From Eledone cirrhosa (lineage: Eukaryota), in the NCBI GenBank assembly GCA_964016885.1, contig OZ024742.1, positions 157,604,001 through 157,668,000 of the forward strand: a DNA stretch of 64,000 nucleotides, written 5' to 3'. Positions 39,272 through 52,638 of this stretch are shown here, one piece after another; the first letter of the stretch is position 1; each line of letters opens with the position of its first letter. The translations under genes and the position numbers were made by a program. The notes under the pieces were generated by a model. The model was not told the origin of the DNA and did no database searches. It saw nothing but the letters and a program-made list of their open reading frames with translations.

Positions 39272-41368
39272 ATACTTGGGGAGGGTCATATTTGTGTAAT
39301 ATTGCCAGAATTAATAACGGAACACACTCACTGTTTGGTTGGTTTTCGCTTTTCGCTTCTGTGTCTTTTATATCGGTAATCTAATTTATTCGGTCCTCAA
39401 TGTTGCCATTGACTGACCGACGGTCAAAAATAATACAGATACAATATAGACACAAACACATATACATAGTTTATCAGAGTTATTTCGTTGCACATCTGCA
39501 ATATCGTCAGTGGTGCTATTGTTTCCTCCCGTTACATTGTATTTCTACGCCATTTTTATTTAGTCTGTCTATATATTTATTTATTTATTTGTTTGTTTGT
39601 TCATTTTATTGTGTCTTCTTTGCGCATGCGTTTGCGTGTGTGTATAGTGTTTTGTTTGATGTGTGTTCGTGATTGGGTGACTAGAGTGTGTTTATATGTG
39701 TTTGTTGTTATTGTGCTTGTGTATGTATTTATTTATTTATTTATCTATTTATTTATTTATTTATTTATACTCCTCTTAGGTCAGTGTTGTTTGTTTGGGT
39801 GTTGTTGTTATTCCATTCATTCTTTCTGTTTAGTCTTGGCCTTCTAATTTCTATTTCACTGGCCTCTCTGATTTGCCTATCTGCTGGGTCATTTCTATGA
39901 TTAGATATTATTCCAATTTCTATGTCGTCTATGTTACCGTCGTGTTGTTGTCTGGCATGTTCGTATAGTACTCGCCGTTTTTACGTCCTTTTAGTTCCCC
40001 CCAGTGTTGGTCTATCCTTTCACCTATGCTACGAGCTGTCTCGCCTATGTATGTTGTCATGTTTCTGCAAGTACCCTCTGTACATCTTATGCTACAGACT
40101 ACGTTTCTAGTTTTACAGTTTATCCGGGGGTTTACCTTACATATGATACATTTCCTATTAGTACAGTGGGTTTTCTTAAAAGGTTAGGTTTTGCTGATCA
40201 GGGATTTTATGGTGGTTCTTGGCTTTTCTACCACCTTAATCTTTAAGTGGGTCTTTCTCAGGGCCTTTCTACACTGGTTACCTAATTTCCCTCCAGGGGT
40301 AGCGTCCACAAACATGACACTCTGGTATCTCTTGATGTCGTACCATGAGGTGGCTTTCCCTATCTTATGTCTAGCCCTATCTAAGCTATTCCATGATTTA
40401 CTCCTGTATAATGGGCAAATTCCTTTCATGTCCAGTTCTATGAGGGTCTTATACTTCCCTATGGCTCCTTCGTATACTCTGACTCTGTCTCTTTGGTTGT
40501 AGCCAGAAAACTGCATGCGGCTGATGAATTGTTGGATGTGTCTTTCCATTTCTGTTGGATCGCACATGCGGGACACATTCTTCATAACTCGTACCAAATC
40601 TGCGATCAGAATATTAAACTTAGCACTACTGGACATTGCTGAGTTTTTGAGTATCAGGTATTTGGAGGCCATGGGTTTAGCATAGTGTGAGTGGATAATT
40701 TGGGCTCTCTCGTCTATAGTGTTAATCCAGAGTTCCTGTGTCTAATAGAGGTAGTCTATTGTTAGGGTGTTTGGAAGGGAAATCGATAGTTACAGTTATA
40801 CTCTGGTGTAAGGAATTAGCTATCTGCTGGATGCATTCCATCGTGCTACGTTCTAAATCAAACTTGTTAGTGCTCTCTAGTGGGGGTGTTCTTATAACTA
40901 TATTGATATCGTCTACATAACGAGAGTACATGATTAGGTCTATGGAGCTTTCATTAAGGAGCTCTGTAAGTCTCCTTTTCCAACATACCATGAAAAGGAT
41001 GGCAACATCACCAGCTATGCTGACGCCAATGGCTGCTCCCTCATTTTGGCTGTAGATCTTCTCGTTGAATTTGAATATGTGGCCCTTTAGGGTAGTTTTG
41101 ATAATAGCCCCTATTGCATGTGCGACCATTTTTCTTACCTGATCATTGTTTTGGGGGGTCCGTATAGCTTTGGTCCACCCAATCCACCTTCCCATGGGAG
41201 TCTTTTTTACCATTGAGGTTATGGTGGGGTGTCTACCTCTTATGGTTCTACTAGGGCAGAAACGTCTAAGATCATGGCTGTCTAGGTAGTCAGTGTCGTA
41301 GGTAAGTCTAATTAGGAGGCCCAGTTCGTCTGTGTCGACGTCGCAGGTGGAGTTCTGCGACGTCGACA
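39264..41368 (-). mobile_element. Second, 5'-truncated copy of the same Penelope-like family (tail-to-tail with 36651-39185)
   Basis: ORFs 40722-41369 (QNEGAAIG, RYVDDI, LPLLD) and 40184-40672; frameshifted GIY-YIG (YIGETARSIGERI..H) near 39870-40150; pLTR at 39264-39720. Confidence 0.93.
39472..39515 (-). ncRNA. Type I hammerhead motif in the pLTR
   Basis: CACCA-CTGACGA-TATTGCA-GATG-TGCAAC-GAAA-TAAC-TC-TGATA. Confidence 0.75.
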
Positions 41369-41527
41369 TGTATGTGTGTGTATGTACACACGTTTCATTT
41401 CATATTATATACATGTATATACATGTCAGTGTATATTTTAATTAATCAAAATTTATTTTTAAGTGAACATGATTTTTCGAAAAGTGAAGTGAACGTGACC
41501 CAACGTCTAGTATAGTAATAAAAAGGA

Positions 41528-41611
41528 GTATTTGGTATGTCTCCATTACGTTTTTTTTAGTATTGATGCGCATCACTAATCAAAAAACGTAATGAAAACA
41601 TGACAAATACT
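41528..41611. repeat. Old imperfect inverted repeat
   Basis: AGTATTTG..CATTACGTTTTTT / AAAAAACGTAATG..CAAATACT around a TGATGCGCATCA centre. Confidence 0.7.
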
Positions 41612-43844
41612 ACACCTCTATACCTATTTTAAACTACGCGTCGTGTTCTCACACTGGTGAACCTACAGTAACTGGTCGTTACATTTTCTATATATATATA
41701 TATATATATATGTCACACATACACATACATTTTCCTGTGTGTAGATGTGCGTGTCTGTGTATGTGAGTGTGTATGCAAATCAAAAGGCAGAATGCCACTA
41801 GAAAATATAATGGTGGAAGTAAAATTCGTATGGCGAAAGAGAACAATACTTTATATACTATATATCTACTATTTTAAAGCCCTTTTGCTTTCAGATGTGT
41901 TTGCCTACAGCCATATTATATATTGTTTCGTTTAAACTATTAACTTATCATTTTACCCATCTAAATAGTCAATCCAATTGAATTCATGTATAAATTGTCC
42001 TTTCATTTCACTCTACATTTTCATGGCTGTTCTCGTTGTACACATATCAATACCCCATATATGTATTTCGTTAGCTTGCACTGCAATTACATTTGGGTTA
42101 GAGGAAGTAGTCTATTGACTATGTGGTACAAAACACACTTCTTCATTCTGGCGAATATTCCACGTATTAACCTGGGTTTGATAAAGATGCTCCGCAGACC
42201 ATCAATATATTGTGTTATTTGCATTCAAAAATTATGCAATAAACTCTCACATTCTTTATCATGACTATTATGTAAAAACTAATGTCAGTTGCACCCGACG
42301 TCGCATTATACATAAGTTTGCAGCATTCGTTAATCTATGTTAATAATGGAAAACATTTTTGTGTAAAAACTGTTATATTGAAGCTACCATGTACTTTTAT
42401 TAATCTAAACAGGTAAAACAAACTCAATGGACTTATCTATTCAGCTTAACCTTTATTTCTTTGGAGCTCTTTTAGAGTGTCATTTTCAGAAACCACTTTC
42501 CGTCGACATGCCATTTAATCTATATCACAAAAAATAACGTTTCTCTTCTTTGAAGCGTAGACTATGCTCATACACGTTTCCCTTTCACTTTGTAATTTTG
42601 TCTTGGCCGTGTTTTCCTTGTAGCATTTACTATTGATACCGTTGTATTAGTATGTTATATATATATATATATATATATAAATATTATGTATATATATATA
42701 ATATATTAGAAAGTGTCGGCGGCCGACTGCAGACCTCTTACCGGTACGACAGCTAGTTCCAGATTCTTGACAACACTACCTGCAGTTCATTAGCCATCTC
42801 CACAGAGTTATTCACATGTCGGTTGTCCATATAAGGGTAAAGGTTCTTTATAGGTTATTAAATAAATGTTTTAGAATAAATTGACTATATATTTTATATA
42901 TTTTTATACATGTTTTCAAGCTGTGGGGGGTGTCTCCGTAAGTGCGTGTGTATGTGTGTCTGTATGCTTCATTACTTATGTGAGGATGGGTGTGAAAAAC
43001 TGTGGATTTGTAGGGTGAGGGAAGAATTTGGCTGAGTTGAAGATTTGACAAGTAGTTTTGTTATCATGTTGATTTATTGGGGTGTATGTGTGTATGTGTG
43101 TGTGCGCGATGGATGGCCTATTCTATTTCTGTGGTCGGAGGGTCAGAGAAGTTAGCCAGATTAAATGCAGGGGCGAAACCAGCATGGACGTCACAAAAAA
43201 AAATACGCTAACACTCCCAGAGAAGTCATTACACACAGTTGTCATTGCATATTGCTGACGATAAATAACGCATGAAATACCACATCTTACTAAAATCAGT
43301 AGCAGCTTTCTCCATTATGTGAAATGATTTGCTGGTACGTCTTCGCCTCTCCAATGAATAGGATATTACTCCATCGGTTAATATTACCTAACAACTTAAT
43401 CTTCCATATAGCAATGTGTTTAGCTTGATGATCGGAAATTGAATGAAACAGGAGACTTATTCTTTCGTTTGGAAAAACCGTGTTTCATTGAGATCAGAAA
43501 ACCTGTTCGCTAGTTCATTTCTCCAAACACTCTCATTATTGTTCCTGATTTATACATAAAATCCATCCAGTTACTTCCCCTTAATCTATTGCTTCCTTTT
43601 TTTGCCACTTCCAATGTCACCAGAAACAACACCACTCATATCAAAGAATATATCCACTTGCGATAAGTAGAGAACAATTGTTTTTTCAACAAGAAAAGAA
43701 AGAAACAAATAGGTTGAAAAAAACAAACAATTAAAGCTGAGATATTACCACCGCAGTTAGCTAAAACAGTCAAATCAATCAAACACAAAGATTTAATATT
43801 AAGGTCGGATGGCCAAGTAGAAAGACAAGAGTGAGATAATAATA

Positions 43845-44270
43845 GTTTCTATATTTGGCACGAGGCTAGCATGCATGTAATTCTTTCCACGTTTGGTGCA
43901 AGGGAAAGAGGATTAACTAGACACCGCTTCTTTACTGGTATTTCATTTTATCAAGACCGTAAGGATGAAAACCAAAGCTAACCTCGGTGAGATTTCAACT
44001 CATAACGTACAGACCTTTAACTTATGTTGCTAAATATTTATGCACCCTCTAACCATTCTGCCAATCCACTGTCTTAAGGCCATAATAATAATTGTTTCTA
44101 CTGTTGGCACAAGGCCAGCAATTACCCAGTGTATTACTGGTACTTTATTTTATCAACCCCATAATGATGAAAGGCAAGGTTAACCTCGGCCGGATTTGAA
44201 CTCAGAATGGCAAGGGCCGTAACTCTATACGTCAACGCATGGTGTCCGAATAATAATTGTTTCTACGTTT
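43845..44270 (-). mobile_element. Tandem tRNA-derived SINE copies
   Basis: One diverged and one younger unit of the same SINE family. Confidence 0.85.
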
Positions 44271-44311
44271 ATAATAATAATAATAATAATAATAAAAATA
44301 ATAATAATAAA

Positions 44312-47300
44312 ATCACTGGGGGTGATTATGTAACCATACATTCATTAATCCTTGATAAGAGTGTTTAAATGTCGAACCTAAACAGTTCGAATAACGGTGA
44401 AGTGGAGACTGGAATGTCATGTGACAGACTCTCACCCAGCAGGTGCTCCCTGGTTGAGCAGCAGGGACCTGGCTGTCAACCGAATACTGCTGGTGTCGGA
44501 GGAAGAAGAAGAAGGAAAGGGACCTGGCTGTCAACTGGACGAAATAATTGAATAGAACTGTTATGTAATATTACCTGAAGAGTAACACCCATGGAGAAAG
44601 GATATAGGAAACGGATGCATTACATCTGGAACGAGATTGCTCTATTCAAATTAGATGAACAGAAATTGGCCGGGCAGGCTCGGGTAATAAGAACTAATGG
44701 GTGGATAAGCGAGCTGGAACTGGAGGAACTGAGCAGAGAGATTAGGTTGGAAATGGAGAGTGGAGTATGCCAGGCAAACGAGCCAGTGGGAAATGAAGGT
44801 GAAGAGGTTGAGAGAACGGAGGAAGCATCCGAAGCAGACAATGATCTGAATGCTGAAATAAGTAATACCTGGAACAAAAATACGGCCATTGAGGAGATGA
44901 ATGCTGACGTGCTAGGACAATATTTGGTTGATATCCTAAACTTAGTGTTAGATGAGTTGAACAATGGTAGTGGGAAACCTATGAACCTAAGATTTGTAGA
45001 CAGGAAAAAGTTAAAAGAAACAACAGCTAAGGTAAACAAAGTCATCCCATACCTTAAGGCGAGGAGCCTTCACCAATGAAACAATATCCTCAAAGCAACA
45101 GCCAATGCGGTGAGTAAATTACTTGGTATAAAAGCGAGAGGAAACAACAGACAAGAAAGAGCAGAGCCTTGGTGGAAGAAACGACTGAGTGGTCAAATCA
45201 GGGAAATGAGAAATGACATTGGAAAGCTTGAGTCCCTACTGAATGGGATAATAAAAAACATAGACACTAAAAATATAGACTGGAAATAAAGTACAAAACT
45301 AGGAGGAAAAAGCTAAATATTATCATAGAGGAACTGAAGCAACGCATTGTAGCAAAGAGTGCAAAAATTAGACGATACGAGAGCAGAATCAGTCAGTATA
45401 GATAGAACCGCATGTTTGATAATAAACAGAAGATGCTGTTTGGATAGCTTGAAGGGAAAGAAAGAGGCAACGACTTGATCCCTGAGACGGAACAAACTAA
45501 GACATTCTGGAGAGGAATATGGGAGCAGGATGTTAAACATAATGATCAGGCAGTGTGGATTGAGACAGTACAACATGAGATTAGTATCACAGTTGAAACT
45601 CTTAAGGGGCAGGCCAAAAAACTAACCAACTGGAAATCACCAGTCCCAGATGGTGTGCAGGGGTGTTGGATTAAAAATATAACATCCCACCACCCGAAAC
45701 TGAAAAACATGTTCAATGACTGCTTGATGTCAGGTGAGGTACCAGAGTGGTTGACGAAAGGTACCACGGTTCTGGTAATGAAAGACCGAATCAAGGGTAA
45801 TGATGTTACCAACTATAGACCTATCACATGTCTGTCCGTAATGTGGAAACTGTTGACAAGCATTACGTCTGAGGAAATCTATCATCACCTCAACACAAAC
45901 AACTTGTTACCGGACGAACATAAAGGATGCCGAAAGAAGTCCCGTGGTACAAAGGACCAGTTACTTAATGATAATATGGTAATGAGGAATTGCAAGAGCA
46001 GACACACTGGTATTGCCATGGGATTGATAGTGTACAAAAAGGCATTTGACATGGTGCCTCATTCTTCGATCACCAAAAGCCTAGAGATCTTCAAGGTGGC
46101 AGATAACATTAGACAGTTGTTGGGCAAAGTATGAAGTCCTTGAAAACAGAGTTAATATCAGCTGGAGAATCCTTGGGAGGCGTGAAGATTAAGAGAGGTA
46201 TCTTCCAGGGAGATAGTCTGTCCCCTCTATTGTTTGTCCTTGCCCTGATGCCCCTGACCATTATACTGCGAAAAGTGAGAGCAGGATACAAGTTGGGAAA
46301 GGGGAAGATAACCATCAATCACCTCCACTTCATGGACGATCTTAGGCTCTTCGGGAAGAGTGAGAAGGAGTTGGATGTGCATGTTGGCACTGTCCGTATT
46401 TTCAGCAATGAAATATGTATGCAATTTGGTATTAGTAAGTGTGGAATCCTGGTGATGAAGCGGGGTAAATTGAGCAGAAGCAACGGAATCCAGGTACCAA
46501 CAGGTGAGATGTTAAAGGAAATTGACACTGAAGGAGGATACAAGTATTTGGGTATTCTGGAGGCTGATGACATCAAGAACAAAAAAATGGAGGAATTGAT
46601 AAGATCTGAATACATTCGGAGAGTAAGTAGCTTATTAAAGTCACATCTGAACAGTAGGAATGCCATAAGTGCAGTAAATTCCCGAGCTGTGTCTATTATT
46701 AGGTACAGTGTGGGAATTCTGAAATAGAATTTTGCTAAACAAAAAGAAATGGATAGGAAGACTAGGAAGCGATTGACTATCTACAACATGTTCCACAAGA
46801 GGAGTGATGTCGATAGACTCTACTTAAGGAGATCTGAAGTTGGAAGAGGTCTTATCAGCATAGATTACTGTGTTCAGATGGAGAAAAACAACCTACACAA
46901 ATACGAGACCAATAGTAAGTAGCCAATGCTCAGAATTGTACTGAAGGAGAGGACAATAGACCAGGGGATGTCCAAGGAGGAAATAACAACAAGGAGAAAG
47001 AGGAACCTTCAGGAAATATCCCTTCATAGGACCTTGTTTGAGAAAACAAGAGATCTGGCTTATACCACATGCTTATACCACTTCTCAGAATGTGGTAAAT
47101 TGTATACTTTGCATAGGTGCCAGTGGATCACCCTGCCCATCACATCATGTCTCCAGCCTTTGTAGTGAATCTGGGCTAGGTGTTTACACTCGGATACAAT
47201 GTGAGCCACAGTCTCCTCTCTCTCTCCACAGATCCCGCACAGTGGGCTAGCCTCCTCCTTGTAAATATGGTGTTTCAGCCACTTCGTTTTGAAGGCCTGC

Positions 47301-48158
47301 TCTTGCGCAGCCTCCTCTCTCTCTCTCCACAGATCCTGCAGAGTGGGCTATTCAGAGATCTACCGACATGGAACTGGTTGAGAAGAGTAGACCTTAACAA
47401 GGCTACAGAAGGAATGCTAATGGCTGCGCAAGAGCAGGCCCTCAAAACGAAGTGGCTGAAACACCGTATTTACTAGGAGGAGGCTAGCCCACTGTGCAGG
47501 ATCTGTGGAGAGATAGAGGAGACTGTGGCTCACATTGTATCCGAGTGTAAACACCTAGCCCAGACTCACTATGAAGGCTGGAGACATGATGTGATGGGCA
47601 GGGTGATTCACTGGCACCTATGCAAAGTAAACAATTTACCACATTCTGAGAAGTGGTATGAGCATAAGCCAGAGTCGGTGATAGAAAACGATCAGGTGAA
47701 GGTGCTATGGGATTGTAGGATACAGACGGACAAGAAACTGGAGCACAATAGACCTGACCTGCTGGTTTTGGACAAGGAAAAAAGATCGTGCCTGATTGTG
47801 GATGTGGCCTGCCCATTCGACACGAGAGTGCAAGAGAAGGAGAGGGAGAAAATTAACCGATACCAGGACTTAAAGTGGGAGTTAAAAAGGATTTGGAACT
47901 GCCATGAAGTCAAAGTGGTCCCGATTGTCATAGGCGCACCAGGTACTATCTCAAAAAGTTTCCAGGGATGGTTAAAGAAAACTGGCCCCGCCCCGCTTTT
48001 TGGAACACTTCAAAAGGCATGCTTGCTGGGAACAGCAAGAACCCTCCGATACGTCCTGAAGATCTGAGGCTGCAGTTAGTTGATTGATATTGATTTCAAC
48101 AAACTTGCCAGTTAAATAACATCAATGACTGAAACTCAAAGAACAATAATAATAATAA
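44312..48158 (+). mobile_element. R4/Dong-clade non-LTR retrotransposon, near full length, defective (copy A)
   Basis: RT motifs NWKSP.PDG, NYRPITCL, KKAFDMVPH, GIFQGDSLSP, HLHFMDDL, YKYLG; CCHC knuckle and RLE (NRPDL..VDVACP..KINRYQDL); bounded by (AAT)n on both sides. Confidence 0.93.
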
Positions 48159-48851
48159 GTTTTTGATTTTTACTTATTTAAGGCAACTGTGATAGAATAA
48201 TTCTTATTACAAATGAAATATAAGATTACAGTGTTGGCCCTCAGCAGGCGACAATGCATCACATTACGGCATAAGGCCCCTGTATTTAATATTTAATTTT
48301 GGATCAGAAATGTTATAGTCGAAAAAGAGAAAAATGGCTAAGTGGACAGACAGGCAAATAATTTCACCACCAACACCACCATCGCCACCATCACCACTAC
48401 CACACCAGAAAGACTAGTCAAGTTACCTCAACTTCTATTTCTACTTCAACTTAACACCATCACTACAGTACTACGATCAGATCACCACCACCACTGCCGC
48501 ATTATCGCTACCGCCACTATTCTCTCCCACTACCTCCTGCTAAGACAGGCATCATAGTTTTCCCACTAAATGAGGAAGGAATCAAAAGATATAAATAGAC
48601 TGATTTGATGACCCGGTCAAAAACTCAAAAATCAAAATCCAACCAGCACAGCAGCAACGAAAAACGTAAAGAAAAGAAAAAAGAAAAGAAAACAAACAGA
48701 CAGACAGACAAGCAAAAAAACTAAGTCAGACATTCAAACATTGCATTACAATGAAACTTATGCCTATTCTTTTTTTTGGGGGGTGGGGGGGGTTACATAT
48801 TTGTTTGTTTGTTTGTTTATGTTCGTCTACAGCGTGATAGTACCACGCTAA

Positions 48852-51800
48852 AATCACCAAGGGTGATCAAATCACCGGAGGTGATCAAATCACGGCTGGT
48901 TATGTAACCATACATTCACCAATCCTCGATAAGAGTGTTTCAATGTCGAATTTAAACAGTTCGAATAACGGTGAAGTGGGGACTGGAATGTCATGAGACA
49001 GACTCTCATCCAGCAGGTGCTCCCTGGCTCAGCAGCAGGGACCTGGCTGTCAACCAAATACTGAACGAAGGAATTGAATAGAACTGTTATGCAATGTTAC
49101 CTGAAGAGTAACCCCAAGGAAAAAGGCTATAGGAAACGGATGCCTAACATCTGGAATGAGATTGGTCTATTTAAATTAGATGAACAAAAATTGGCCGGGC
49201 AGGCTCGGGTAATAAGAACTAATGGGTGGATAACCGAGCTGGAACTTGAGGAACTGAGCAGAGAGATTAGATTGGAAATGGAGAGTGGAGTATGCTAGAC
49301 AAACGAGCCAGTGGGAAATGAAGGTGAGGAGGTTGAGAGAACGGAGGAACCATCCGAAGCAGACAATGATCTGAATGCTGAAATAAATAATACCTGGAAG
49401 AAAAGATACGGCCATTGGGGAGATGAACGCTGACGGGCTAGGACAAGATTTGGTTGATATCCTAAACTTAGTGGTAGATGAAATGAACAATGATAGTGGG
49501 AAACCTATGAACCTAAGATTTGTAGACAGGAAAAAGTTAAAAGAAACAACAGCTAAGGTAAACAAAGTCATCCCATACCTTGAGGCGAGGAGCCTTCACC
49601 ATTGCAACAATATCCTCAAAGCAACAGCAAATGCGGTGAGGAAATTACTTCGCATAAAAGCGAGAGGAAACAACAAACAAGAAAGATCAGAACCTTGGTG
49701 GAAGGAACGACTGAATGGTCAAATCAGGGAAATGAGAAATGACATTGGAAAGCTTGAGTCCCTACTGAATGGGACACTAAAAAACATAGACACTAAAAAC
49801 ATAGACTGGAAATAAAGTACAAAACTAGGAGGAAAAGGCTAAATATTATCATAGAGGAAGTGAGGCAACGCATTGTAGCAAAGAGTGCAAAAATTAGGCG
49901 ATACGAGAGCAGAGTCAGTCAGTATAGACAGAACCGCATGTTTGACAACAACCAGAAGATGTTGTTTGGACAGCTTGAGGGGAAAAAAAGACTTGATCCC
50001 TGAGGCGGAACAAACTAAGACATTCTGGAGAGTAATATGGGAGCAGGATGTTAAACATGATGACCTGGCAGTGTGGATTGAGACAGTACAAAAGGAGATT
50101 AGTGAACAGGCACACCAACAAACTGATTTGAGTATCACAGTTGAAACTCTTAAGGGACAGGCCAAAAAGCTAACTAACTGGAAATCACCCGGCCTAGATG
50201 GTGTGCAGAGGTGGTGCCACAGTTCTGATAATGAAAGACCGAATAAAGGGTAATGATGTTACCAACTATAGACCTTTCACATATCTGTCCGTAATGTGGA
50301 AACTGTTGACAAGCATCGTGTCTGAGGAAATCTACCATCACCTCCACACAAACAACTTGTTACCGGACGAACAGAAAGGATGCCGAAAGAAGTTCCGTGG
50401 TACAAAGGACCAGTTACTTATTGATAATATTGTAATTAGGAATTGCAAGAGAAGACACACCGGTCTTGCCATGGGATGAATATACTACAAAAAGGCATTT
50501 GATATGGTGCCTCATTCTTGGATCACCAAAAGCCTAGAGATCTACAAGGTGGCAGATAACACCTGACAGTTGTTGAGCAAAGGTATGAAGTCCTGGAAAA
50601 CACAGTTAACATCAGCGGGAGAATCCTGGGGAGGCGTGAAGATCAAGAGAGGTATCTTCCAGGGAGATAGTCTGTCCCCTCTGTTGTTTGTCCTTGCCCT
50701 GATGCCCCTGGCGATTATACTGCGAAAAATGAGAGCAGGGTACAAGTTGGGAAAGGGAGAGCTTACCATCAATCACCCCCACTTCATGGACGATCTTAGG
50801 CTCTTCGGGAAGAGTGAGGAGTTGGATCTGCTTGTTGACACTGTCCGTATTTTCAGCAATGATATATGTATGCAATTTGGTATTAGTAAGTGTGGAATCC
50901 TGGTGATGAAGCGGGGTAAATTGAGCAGAAGCAACGCAATCCAGGTACCAACAGGTGAGATGATAAAGGACATTGACACTGAAGGAGGATACAAGTATTT
51001 GGGTATTATGGATGTTGATGACATCAAGAACAAAAAAATGAAGGAATTGATAAGATCTGAATACATTCAGAGAGTAAGTAGCTTATTAAAGTCACATCTG
51101 AACAGTAGGAATGCCATAAGTGCAGAAAATTCCCGAGCTGTGTCTATTATTAGATACCGTGCGGGAATTCTGAGATGGAATGTTGCTGAGCAAAAAGAAA
51201 TGGATAGGAAGACTAGGAAGCTATTGACTATCTTCAACATGTTCCACAAGAGGAGTGAAGTCGATAGACTCTACTTAAGGAGATCTGAAGGTGGAAGAGG
51301 TCTTATTAGCATAGAGGATTGTGTTCAGATGGAGAAAAACAACCTACACAAATACGTGACCGATAATAAGGAGCCAATGCTCAGAATTGTACTGAAGGAG
51401 ATGACAATAGACCAGGGGATGTCCAAGGAGGAAATAACAACAAGGAGAAAGAGGAACCTTCATAAAAGTCACTTCATAGTACCTTATTTGAGAAAACAAG
51501 AGATCTGGCTTATACCACATGCTCATACCACTTCTCAGAATGTGGTAAATTGTATACTTTGCATAGGTGCCAGTGGATCACCCTGCCCATCACATCATGT
51601 CTCCAGCCTTTGTATTGAATCTGGGCTAGGTGTTTACACTAGGATACAATGTGAGCCACAGTCTCCTCTCTCTCTCCACAGATCCTGCACAGTGGACTAG
51701 CCTCCTCCTTGTAAATATAGTGTTACAGCCACTTCGTTTTGAAGGCCTGCTCTTGCGCAGCCTCCTCTCTCTCTCTCTCTCTCACAGATCCTGCAGAGTG

Positions 51801-52594
51801 GGCTATTCAGAGATCCACCGACATGGATCTGGTTGAGAAGAGGAGACCTTATAAAGGCTACAGAAAGAATGATAATGGCTGCGCAAGAGCAGGCCCTCAA
51901 AATGAAGTGGCTGAAACACCATGTTTACAAGGAGGAGGCTAGCCCACTGTGCAGGATCTTTGGAGAGAGGAGACTGTGGCTCACATTGTATCCGAGTGTA
52001 AACACCTAGCCCAGATTCACTATAAAAGCTGGATAGATGATGTGATGGTCAGGGTGATTCACTGGCACCTATGCAAAGTAAACAATTTACCACATTCTTA
52101 GAAGTGGTATGAGCATAAGCCAGAGTCGGTGATAGAAAACGATTAGGTGAAGGTGCTATGGGATTTTAGGATACAGATGGACAAGAAACTGGAACACAAT
52201 AGACCTGACCTGGTGGTTTTGGACAAAGAAAAAAGATTGTGCCTGATTGTGGATGTGGCCTGCCCATTCGACACGAGAGTGCAAGAGAAGGAGAGGGAGA
52301 AAATTAACCGATACCAGGACTTAAAGTCGGAGTTAAAAAGGATTTGGAACTGCCATGAAGTCAAAGTGGTCCCGATTGTCATAGGCGCACCAGGTACTAT
52401 CTCAAAAAGTTTCCAGGGATGGTTAAAGAAAACTGGCCCCGCCTTTTTTTTGGAACACTTCAAAAGGCATGCTTGCTGGGAACAGCAAGAACCCTCCGAT
52501 ACGTCCTGAAGATATGAGGCTGCAGGTAGTGGATTGATATTCATTTCAACAAACTTTCCAGTTAACTAACATCAATGACTGAGAGACAAATAAC

Positions 52595-52638
<44 letters not shown>
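48852..52638 (+). mobile_element. R4/Dong-clade non-LTR retrotransposon, defective (copy B)
   Basis: Colinear with copy A, same motifs, (AAT)n tail. Confidence 0.93.

Noticed and set aside
42735-42800. Minus-strand CTAATGA...GGAACTAGCTGTC
   Set aside because: Both core boxes are mutated and helix I is not supported
43250-43290. CTGACGA...GAAA
   Set aside because: No helix II or helix I pairing; probably a chance match
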